Shown here: positions 7,160-14,868 of the stretch, piece after piece
How positions within the stretch are numbered: position 1 is the first letter of the stretch
How the letters are laid out: each line of letters opens with the position of its first letter
Source: Promethearchaeota archaeon
GTDB taxonomy: Archaea; Asgardarchaeota; Lokiarchaeia; Sigyniarchaeales; SOKP01
DNA length: 14,868 nt
Assembly (NCBI GenBank): GCA_019057865.1
Contig: JAHLWP010000063.1
Coordinates: forward strand, 1 to 14,868
Direction of reading: 5' to 3'
The notes under the pieces: model-generated
The model's input: the letters and a program-made list of their open reading frames with translations, nothing else
Databases searched by the model: none
What the model was told of the DNA's origin: nothing
Translations under genes and position numbers: made by a program

Positions 7160-9079
7160 TTATATATTTAATTTACTTCTCCAAAAGTTAATTTTTTTTA
7201 ATAACATATCTTTCTCGGAAAGGTCTAATATCTTAGGTATAGATTTGAGAGCAGTGACCTCTATTCTGATTTGTCGTAGAATAGCACTAAAACCTTTTTT
7301 TTCGAGGATTTCGTCTTGTAGCTGTTGGAAACCTGCAGCTAACTCATATCCAGGCAGTGTTTCTAGGTTTTTTATTAAACTATCAAATTGATATGAAAGA
7401 GTAGCATCAGTTGGACTAATAGTACCGGTATAAGTCTCTGTTTGGGTCTCAACTTCTATTTTTTCTGATGGTATTTCGATAGGTTTAACGGGTTCTGGTT
7501 TAATAATCTCTTCTGCTTTAACTTCAGGTTCTTCTTTTGGTATTGAAACCCTTCGCGCGGGTTCTTTTGATATCTCTGGTTTTATAGGCTGTTGATATTG
7601 CTTAGGTATAAATCCAATTTGATCGATTTTTTTACTTTGCATCCATACATCTTCGAGTAAGCCAGCAAATAGTTTAATATGCTCATCAAGCACAGAGCCC
7701 ATACCTGCGACTTGCATAGTTCCGAGGTCTATATCTTTAGAAATTACACAAACTATTACTTCTTCAAAATCTCTATTTATTGACCATATATTTTCTCTTG
7801 GATAATGTCTTACATCGAAATTAGGAAATTGGCTGATTTGATTTAAGATTTTAACATCATCAGCATTACTTAAATCAAGATTAGTTGAAATCCTCACGTT
7901 TACATGTTTTTTTACCTTAGAAAGAGCGATGAAGTCAACATCTTCTAGTTTTGGAGCAATAATATAAATTCTCATTTTAATACGAGGGATTGATTCATTA
8001 ATTTGTGCTTTCATTCCCTCGATACTCCTTACAAACCATACATCTTTAAAACTTAACATTGAAGCTTCCTTAGAGCGATCCCAGAATTCTTGCATTGTTG
8101 CTTCAGCACTATCTAGTTGATTAATGATATTATTTATTATATCGGTTTGAAGAGTTTCAAAAATTTCTTTCTGGAATAAATTCTTTAATTCAGCAATACC
8201 CGCTATGATGTCATCATATACGCCAGTAACTCGGTTTTCTAGATCTTCTAAAGTACTTTTTAATCCAGATTCTATATCTGTAAATATAGTACCTAAATCT
8301 GTGGTTATTTCACCAGCAGTATCAGAAAGACTCCCCAATTGATTAATAACTTGATCAAGCATATTTTGTGTTGTTCCGACGAATTTGGTTTTAAAATAAT
8401 CTGTCATTTCATTAAATTGTTCAGAAACAACACGAGAAACGATTTTTTCAGCCATGGCTTTTAATGCTCCAATTCGAAATTGAGTTTCAAACTTATTCGA
8501 AATCTCGGATTTAATAGTTTCTAATTTGGTTTCCATAATATCAAATTCTTTCTCAATATCTGCTGGTACAATCTCTTTTAAGTTTAAAATAAATCTTTTA
8601 ACATCGTGGAATCTCTTTACTTGTTCAAGTTCACTCTCAAATCTATCAAACTGGGTTTTAATTTGAGCAGGAAGTTTAGTTTTCATAACCTGAATATATG
8701 TTTTATAGTCATCTAGTTTCTTTAATTTTGCTGAATGTTCTTCCATGGAATCGAATCGTTCTTGCAAATTTTTAGGAGAAACTTGCTGAAATGTTTTAAT
8801 TGTTTCTTTGAAATAGCGAATTTGATTTAAAAGCGCGGCATATGGAGGTAAAGCCATATAAAATGGCGTTTTTCCAGGAATTTCTCTGACTAAACCCTTT
8901 TCAAATAAATTATTTGCTATTTGTACTGCTCTTTCTTCATCAACATTAGCTATTAATGCAATTTCACCAGTCATTACGGGACCTCTTCCCGTTATTTTAA
9001 AATAAGTCTCAACTTCATCATGTGCTAATCCAATAAGTTCTAAAACATGCTTTGTTGCTGATACTTCTTCATGCGACAC
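7160..9079 (-). CDS. TrmB-type wHTH + long amphipathic helical repeats/coiled coil + inactive PLD-like (TrmB effector) domain + Pro/Glu linker + small helical C-terminal domain
   Basis: N-terminus LELIGLAHDEVETYFKITGRGPVMTGEIA...LFEKGLVREIPGKTPFYMALPP is a TrmB HTH. VWFVRSIEGMKAQINESIPRIKMRIYIIAP...VNVRI...INRDFEEVIV...LFAGLLEDVW matches the TrmB PLD-like domain without HKD. GTG start, AGGTG RBS, 18 nt after the upstream stop. Confidence 0.75.
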   Translation of the reverse strand: MSHEEVSATKHVLELIGLAHDEVETYFKITGRGPVMTGEIALIANVDEERAVQIANNLFEKGLVREIPGKTPFYMALPPYAALLNQIRYFKETIKTFQQVSPKNLQERFDSMEEHSAKLKKLDDYKTYIQVMKTKLPAQIKTQFDRFESELEQVKRFHDVKRFILNLKEIVPADIEKEFDIMETKLETIKSEISNKFETQFRIGALKAMAEKIVSRVVSEQFNEMTDYFKTKFVGTTQNMLDQVINQLGSLSDTAGEITTDLGTIFTDIESGLKSTLEDLENRVTGVYDDIIAGIAELKNLFQKEIFETLQTDIINNIINQLDSAEATMQEFWDRSKEASMLSFKDVWFVRSIEGMKAQINESIPRIKMRIYIIAPKLEDVDFIALSKVKKHVNVRISTNLDLSNADDVKILNQISQFPNFDVRHYPRENIWSINRDFEEVIVCVISKDIDLGTMQVAGMGSVLDEHIKLFAGLLEDVWMQSKKIDQIGFIPKQYQQPIKPEISKEPARRVSIPKEEPEVKAEEIIKPEPVKPIEIPSEKIEVETQTETYTGTISPTDATLSYQFDSLIKNLETLPGYELAAGFQQLQDEILEKKGFSAILRQIRIEVTALKSIPKILDLSEKDMLLKKINFWRSKLNI

Positions 9080-9097
9080 GTTTAATGCAACACCTAA

Positions 9098-10225
9098 TTA
9101 TTTTTTATATGCTTCTTCGAGTAATTCTAAATGTTTAATTGCCAATTCTTTTTTAAGTTTCCCATCAACACGATGTTGCCGAATTTTCTCAATTATATAT
9201 TCTGGATAAAATGTGTGAGTTACAATATCCGTAAATAAAAATACCCATAGACTACCCTTGCTATCCCTTATAAGTTTAATAATTTGATCTTGCTCCATAC
9301 TTTTTAAAAATTCACCAATTTGCTCAACGCTTTCCCCGGGACCTTTAGGAATTTTATTTAGGGGATATGCTCGTTCTCTAAAAAGCGTGATAAAATCATA
9401 TTTATCAGGATTTACCATATTTTTAGCTATCTTTAGATTATCCTCTAAGCTGGGTTTATAGGTTTTAAAGAAATTATTCACCTCTTCGAGATATATTGTA
9501 GCTAATTCGGGAGTAGGAAGCTTTTTTCTTGCTTCCTCTACTAGTTTAGCTACAGGTGTTCTCAAAATAGTAAAATCAGAAAGTAGAAATAATGAAATAT
9601 CTGAATCACCCTCAATCCAATCTTGTTTGACAATTCCTGTTTTTACGAAAGGATCTAATGTAACTTCAATATTTGATATTATTTTACTTAACCTTTCTTC
9701 GAGAATTGCTTGTAAATCTTTCCTAGATAATGGTTTATCTTGTAAAACCTCTAAAATTGTTCTTCCCTTTTCACTAGTATAAATTTGTGCTAATCTTTGT
9801 TCCTTTGTTAAATTTTTCAACCTCTCTAAAAGAAATAATGCGTTTTTTAGATAGTTTTTTAATTCGTTTACAACGTCATAAGTTTGGGAAATACCTGTTC
9901 CCATTTGTCGAAGATAATTTAAGGTTGTTTCATTAATTTCTTGAATCACTGCTTCACCAAACATGTCAGGGTCTTCCCCTAACTCTAACATTAGATTTAC
10001 CATTATGGGTCTTTCAGATTCCATTCCAGTAAAAAAACTCGCCACATTGGAACGTGCTTTTTCCAGTCTTACTAAAACATTTCCAGCTTCTCCTGCTCCT
10101 GTTATATGGGCATAGAAGATGCGCATCATATCATCCAAATCAATATCTAGGCTTTCAGGATAATTAAGCGTAACAGCTAAACCTCGATCTTCAGTCCATT
10201 CAGTAATTATAAATCCTCTTGGCAT
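9098..10225 (-). CDS. Longin/uDENN-like N-terminal domain + two tandem winged-helix modules (NPRL2/NPRL3-like architecture)
   Basis: MPRGFIITEWTEDRGLAVTLNYPE matches the start of uDENN/NPRL2-type longins (hydrophobic strand, F/W-xx-x-x-G, strand, YP). wHTH1 is GRTILEVLQDKPLSRKDL...TLDPFVKTGIVKQDW and wHTH2 is KYDFITLFRERAYPLNKI...FLKSMEQDQIIKLI. Confidence 0.6.
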   Translation of the reverse strand: MPRGFIITEWTEDRGLAVTLNYPESLDIDLDDMMRIFYAHITGAGEAGNVLVRLEKARSNVASFFTGMESERPIMVNLMLELGEDPDMFGEAVIQEINETTLNYLRQMGTGISQTYDVVNELKNYLKNALFLLERLKNLTKEQRLAQIYTSEKGRTILEVLQDKPLSRKDLQAILEERLSKIISNIEVTLDPFVKTGIVKQDWIEGDSDISLFLLSDFTILRTPVAKLVEEARKKLPTPELATIYLEEVNNFFKTYKPSLEDNLKIAKNMVNPDKYDFITLFRERAYPLNKIPKGPGESVEQIGEFLKSMEQDQIIKLIRDSKGSLWVFLFTDIVTHTFYPEYIIEKIRQHRVDGKLKKELAIKHLELLEEAYKK

Positions 10226-13200
10226 TTAATTCACTTCCTCTTTTTTAAGATTAATTTTTTCAATTTTATTAATTTTCTCAGGTTGTATTAATTCTAAACT
10301 TAAAATTTTCACACTATCTTGCAGATTATTTTTTATAATCTCTTCTCGTTTATTTACTATAACTGGTTTTGTCTTTTTTGCTTTACTAACCTTTTTCCTT
10401 AAAGCTCTTATCTTCCTAACTAAAGGTGGGAATCGCCAACGTTTAATATATAAGGTAAAAATTGTACCAACAACCAATATTACACCAATAAATCCATATA
10501 CTAATAAAGAAATAAGCCAGCTTAAATTAGGTCCAGGAGATACTGATGGTCTACTTACTATCAATGTTATTTTATATTCTTGAAAAATATAATCATCCCC
10601 GTAAACAGCATATATTTTTATTTCATGAACTCCTTCTCGAACGTTAAACAAAGTTACATTGTATATCCCATCATTATCTAGATCTTCAAGTTCTCCCTGT
10701 CCATAGGCCCATGTGAATGTCACATTAGCATTTTTAATCGTGTTATTTAAAGGATCTTTTAAAATAATTTTTAATAATACATCTTCTCCGACATCAACTT
10801 CTATTTGGTCACCTCCATCTGCTCGGCTAATAATTCCAACTATTTTATTTATAGTAATTCTTATCCCTCCTATAGTTTTAATTATATAATTGGGTGCATA
10901 AGCGATAATTGTAAATAATTTAGTTCCAATACCTAAAATGGTTGTATCAAGACCACCTGGGATATAATATTGCCCTAAGCCAGCATCTTCTGTTAAATTG
11001 AAGGTTAAACTCTCTCCTTCCAATTGTATTGTCGCATTACTAATGTGTTGTGATTCATTATCCATGAATTTCACAGTTATATTTAAGAATTCTTTTATTG
11101 GAAGTTCATAGACGGGATCACTTGTTTTATCTATACCATCTAAAAATAATTGTAATTGCGAAGACTTTTTAGTTACTTCAATAAAAAAGTTAATGGTTTG
11201 AGGCTGATAATTAACGACTTCTGCAAATACAGTTAATAAAGTAACTTCTTGGGCAAGAGTATTAGCTTTTAGACTATAATTGTAATACTCATTTGTTTCA
11301 TCAAAATATCTATCTGGCAGTAAACTAACTGTTGCATTTGGTAAATGTTTACCTGTTAACTGATCACTGAAAGTTATAGTCACATTTATGACTGCATCAA
11401 GTTCAACTGTAATTTTACCATTATTAGATGTTTCATTACCATTTAATAATAATTTTAAAGAAGACGCTAATTCAGTAATTTGGACTCTAATTAGAACAGA
11501 TTGGGGTTCATATTTATACGGATCTATTGAAATAATGAAGGATTGAAGTGTGAGTGATGCATAAGCAGATGTATTACATTCTAATTCATAATGCCCAACG
11601 CTAGGTTGTGTTAAATGATAATCACCAAGCCATTCATCAATAGTAATGTCTGTTGTATCAATCCAATTTAGAGGATTATTTTTTTCTGTATAATTAAATC
11701 GCACAGTAAAATTTTGTTTCCAAGGAGTAGTGAAAAAATCAGTTTCAACCGTCAAAATTGTCTCTTTAATTACATCAACTGTAATATTTATGGTTTTATT
11801 CAAATAATAGCTTGAATTAGCATAAATCGTTACAGTATTGTTTCCTGCCTCAGCTTTAGAAGCATTAAATTCATATAAATAAAATCCTGGACTAGTTTGG
11901 ATTAATGATTCATCGACTCCTGTAAAATCTGTATATACATATGCATTTTCAATAGCTGTACCATCTATTAAATCTCTAAATGATACTTTAATATTAATTA
12001 TTCTATCGTCAATTACATTTTCAATGAAATATACACCTTCATCAGGATAAAGAAGAGAATCATGGATTACTATAAACTTTTTATAAATAATCCCTGTTTC
12101 ATTTGAACCAAAGGATGAATATGAATTATTCCAAGTGATAACCGCTTCATATTCTCCTGCTTTATAATTTGGAATGTTATCAGGTATCATAATAGGATCA
12201 AAATAGACCGTTCCAGTACTATCAACTAGTTTTATTTGAGTTTTTGAGGTCCATATAGAACTATCTGGAAATCTTATTTGAAGCTGGGCTTTGGTTTGTT
12301 GGATATATCCAGAAACCAATGCGGAATTATAAATTTTTCCTGTAATGTTAATATATTCTCCACTTAGGAATTCATTATTAAGCTCCCAATCACCTGTAAC
12401 ATTATTATATATTTCCATTTCTTTACAGTAATTAGGTGATACTGCTGTTAGCCTCCAAAATCCATTTGTATTACTTGTTATGGAACTTACTGGAATATTT
12501 ACAATTTTTTTGTTTCCATGTTCTTTTATCGAAGTTTGAGAAAGAGAATCAGGATTTAGAGAGAAAAATACTCCTGTTAAATTAAAATCTGAAGGATATT
12601 CAACAGTCATATTCGTTTCTTCATATCCAGTTGGAATCTCCATATGCGCATACGTTGTCCAATTCACATTGCTATTATTAGATACAATAAAAGATGACCC
12701 TTGATAATTTAGATTTGGATCAGCAGTATAATAGGTTTCAGGACTAAATTTATTTGTAAACAAATTCAAATTTGTCTCAAGTTCTATTTTATAACTTATC
12801 CAACTCCCGTCTTCTTCAAAAGTTAAAGGCCAATTAAGATTACTACTAAAATTAGCAATTACTGATGATTGGATACTTCCATTCCAATTACCTAAAATTC
12901 CAACATAACCTTTACCATAATTACCATTATCAATAACATCCTCATTGTTTAATTGCAAATCAAGTTGAGATGGTTTTGCTTTAGCTTTAACGATTAGCGA
13001 TACGTTATCAATGAGAACAGAATAATCCTCTGCATAACCAGAATATGGATTTCCACTAACTCTTTTAAATTCTAAAGTAACATTCATATCTTTAACTCCA
13101 ACAGGAAATAATTGTCCATCATTAACATCTAAGTATATAGTTGGTGGATTATACCATTGCCCAGTAGAAGGGTTACCACATGCTTCTAGCATTGATGCAA

Positions 13201-13945
13201 GACCATTACCCCATAAAATCTTATTATTTACTATAACTTGTAATACAAAATGATTATTATATATATCACTATATTTCGGAAAGACCGCAAAGCTTAACCA
13301 AGCTTCATCTACATCCCCTCTATCAATTTCAAAAATAGTTTCCCACCAACATTTATCACCAACATCATAATAATTATTACTATAATCTCCAATCAATAAC
13401 TGCAAGCAATCAGCTCCATCAGATCCAGAATAACCATCGTCAAAATAATTACCACTCATGTAATTAGTATCTAATGTATCCATCGTTTTAAATGTCCAAT
13501 TGGCAACATAATTACTATCATTATCATCTCTAGAATAATCATTATCATCAGGACCACAATGAAAAGTTCCATTAATCCAATTTCTTGTATCATATAAATT
13601 TGTTATTGTAGAATTTAATTGATATCCCATCCATCCATCTAATTCTACATATTGAGAATTATCATAAGAATTATTATTAAAACTTATTTCCAAATTAGTT
13701 TTTGTTCGATTAGCATAGTGAGTTACATTCCAAGGAGAGCCTATACCGGTGAAAGTATTATCAGTAGCTAAAGTATCAGATGCTAAATTGGGTATTTCTT
13801 CAGAAGGGGGAATCTCTTCAATGTTATTCGAGTCATTCGAATCATTCGAAGTATTTATTGGAAACAAATAAGAAATTGGAAACGAAAATAAAACAATGAC
13901 AAGTAATATTACCAAGCCTTTAATCCTAATATTTTTCTCCTTCAT
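10226..13945 (-). CDS. Large single-pass cell-surface (glyco)protein with Ig-like beta-sandwich repeats, C-terminal TM and basic cytoplasmic tail
   Basis: N-terminal basic + hydrophobic signal/anchor, Asn/Asp/Tyr/Trp-rich beta ectodomain with many N-x-S/T sequons, about five ~100-aa repeats (aa ~628-1131; I.V.F.D...G..I.NA.V...G.Y...T..A), a DLDNDG Ca-binding-like motif, TM WLISLLVYGFIGVILVVGTIFTLYI, then FPPLVRKIRALRKKVSKAKKTK. Confidence 0.85.
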   Translation of the reverse strand: MKEKNIRIKGLVILLVIVLFSFPISYLFPINTSNDSNDSNNIEEIPPSEEIPNLASDTLATDNTFTGIGSPWNVTHYANRTKTNLEISFNNNSYDNSQYVELDGWMGYQLNSTITNLYDTRNWINGTFHCGPDDNDYSRDDNDSNYVANWTFKTMDTLDTNYMSGNYFDDGYSGSDGADCLQLLIGDYSNNYYDVGDKCWWETIFEIDRGDVDEAWLSFAVFPKYSDIYNNHFVLQVIVNNKILWGNGLASMLEACGNPSTGQWYNPPTIYLDVNDGQLFPVGVKDMNVTLEFKRVSGNPYSGYAEDYSVLIDNVSLIVKAKAKPSQLDLQLNNEDVIDNGNYGKGYVGILGNWNGSIQSSVIANFSSNLNWPLTFEEDGSWISYKIELETNLNLFTNKFSPETYYTADPNLNYQGSSFIVSNNSNVNWTTYAHMEIPTGYEETNMTVEYPSDFNLTGVFFSLNPDSLSQTSIKEHGNKKIVNIPVSSITSNTNGFWRLTAVSPNYCKEMEIYNNVTGDWELNNEFLSGEYINITGKIYNSALVSGYIQQTKAQLQIRFPDSSIWTSKTQIKLVDSTGTVYFDPIMIPDNIPNYKAGEYEAVITWNNSYSSFGSNETGIIYKKFIVIHDSLLYPDEGVYFIENVIDDRIINIKVSFRDLIDGTAIENAYVYTDFTGVDESLIQTSPGFYLYEFNASKAEAGNNTVTIYANSSYYLNKTINITVDVIKETILTVETDFFTTPWKQNFTVRFNYTEKNNPLNWIDTTDITIDEWLGDYHLTQPSVGHYELECNTSAYASLTLQSFIISIDPYKYEPQSVLIRVQITELASSLKLLLNGNETSNNGKITVELDAVINVTITFSDQLTGKHLPNATVSLLPDRYFDETNEYYNYSLKANTLAQEVTLLTVFAEVVNYQPQTINFFIEVTKKSSQLQLFLDGIDKTSDPVYELPIKEFLNITVKFMDNESQHISNATIQLEGESLTFNLTEDAGLGQYYIPGGLDTTILGIGTKLFTIIAYAPNYIIKTIGGIRITINKIVGIISRADGGDQIEVDVGEDVLLKIILKDPLNNTIKNANVTFTWAYGQGELEDLDNDGIYNVTLFNVREGVHEIKIYAVYGDDYIFQEYKITLIVSRPSVSPGPNLSWLISLLVYGFIGVILVVGTIFTLYIKRWRFPPLVRKIRALRKKVSKAKKTKPVIVNKREEIIKNNLQDSVKILSLELIQPEKINKIEKINLKKEEVN

Positions 13946-14196
13946 TTACATCCCTCAAGAAATATAAAATATTAACATTTTTTATTATTGATTTTTTAAA
14001 AATTGATATATTGATTTTTATTTTATATAAAACTTTTAAATAACAAATAAAAAATAAATTATGGTATATAAAAATCTTTTTGTATGTAATTAACCAAAAA
14101 ATAATGTTCAAATAAATCTCACTGATTTGATATGTTAAATCTTTAGATAAAATAATTTAAATCCAATTTTCTTAATAAAAGTTAATTCTTTTAGCT

Positions 14197-14451
14197 CTAT
14201 GATCTTTTAATCTTTTTTTTTTTTAGTTCAGTTAATTCTATATGTAAAAATTTAATTTGACTTTGAAAATTACTTCTAATAATATCATTACGATTGCTAG
14301 CTATAATTTGTTTTGTCTTTTTTACCTTTCTAACCTTTTTCCTCAATTTTTTTATTTTTCTTATCAATGGTGGATATTTAAAATGAGTTTGATATAAACT
14401 AAAACCAGTAATCAGACCGATAATTCCAATCCCTAATGTATAAATGAGCCA
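14197..14451 (-). pseudogene. Orphan 3' fragment (TM + basic tail) of a paralog of the large surface protein
   Basis: Manual translation WLIYTLGIGIIGLITGFSLYQTHFKYPPLIRKIKKLRKKVRKVKKTKQIIASNRNDIIRSNFQSQIKFLHIELTELKKKKIKRS*. 26 of 48 residues are identical, ungapped, to the tail of 10226..13945. No ATG/GTG/TTG before the TM, and an in-frame TAA at 14473-14475. Confidence 0.85.
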
Positions 14452-14534
14452 TAAAGAATTATCTTTAGTGGTTTATACTCTCTTTGTAATTTCTCAACAA
14501 TTTCATTTAATATTTTATCGATTTTCCTTTCCAT
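14433..14534 (-). pseudogene. Truncated 5' fragment of a minimal nucleotidyltransferase (MNT, pol-beta superfamily) gene
   Basis: ATG at 14534 preceded by GAGGA. Translation MERKIDKILNEIVEKLQREYKPLKIILYGSFIH* matches the MNT N-terminus (I.E.L...Y.P.KIIL(F/Y)GS) but stops before the catalytic DxD motif. Confidence 0.75.
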
Positions 14535-14868
14535 TATTTTTAAAATCCTCTGCTCTTATGATAAAAATACATTGTAGGTTTTTAAACATATCTAGATAAA
14601 TTAAACCTGTTAAATTATTATAAATTCGCATTTAAATTAATAGCAATAACAAGATTGGTTTTACAAATCAAAAGAAAGAGTAAAATTTCCAAAATTTTTC
14701 TTTAAATCGTAAGGATTTTAAACTTAAGTAAAAACTACCTATAAGAATATTATTTTTAGAATGTCTATTTTTAGGTTATTTTATCATAATATTTAAATAT
14801 TCAATTATTATATTGAAAAATAAATAATAAAATTGTGAAATCTATGAAAAAAGCAAAAATTTGGGAAG

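Noticed and set aside
7630-8045. Active PLD nuclease/phospholipase (defence-type) in the 639-aa protein
   Set aside because: No HxKxxxxD motif; only the Asp is retained in NIWSINRD, as in non-catalytic TrmB effector domains.
7160-9079. SMC-like or chemoreceptor annotation based on the coiled coil
   Set aside because: No Walker A/B or ABC signature and no MCP hairpin motif.
13926-14111. 61-aa minus-strand ORF overlapping the surface-protein start
   Set aside because: I/F/K/Y/N composition expected from AT-rich promoter DNA, with no family features.
14433-14475. Programmed -1 frameshift joining the MNT start to the TM tail
   Set aside because: No slippery heptamer or obvious downstream structure in the overlap, and the product would lack MNT catalytic residues. 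A deletion scar is simpler.

Overview
AT-rich, gene-dense archaeal-looking window, most consistent with an Asgard archaeon (Lokiarchaeia-like). This is inferred from longin-type proteins, a giant single-pass surface protein with a basic tail, GGTGA-type ribosome-binding sites and frequent GTG/TTG starts. Left part: the end of a longin-like gene, a YhhN/TMEM86 lysoplasmalogenase, and a minus-strand membrane-microdomain cluster (zinc-ribbon membrane protein, NfeD/YqiJ-like protein with a ~92-aa alternating acidic/hydrophobic tract, small TM protein, flotillin/SPFH). Middle: a tandem-RHH + V4R-like putative regulator, a VOC protein and a DUF6786/DUF4380-like protein. Right part, the best candidate for an undescribed system: a tightly coupled three-gene minus-strand operon. 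It encodes a 1239-aa Ig-repeat single-pass surface protein, a longin + tandem winged-helix protein with NPRL2/NPRL3-like architecture, and a TrmB-HTH / proline-punctuated 35-aa helical-repeat / inactive PLD-fold protein. Upstream lies a chimeric remnant missed by the ORF track: the 5' end of an MNT nucleotidyltransferase gene joined out of frame to the TM + basic tail of a paralogous surface protein. All domain calls are by-eye motif recognition; no searches were run.
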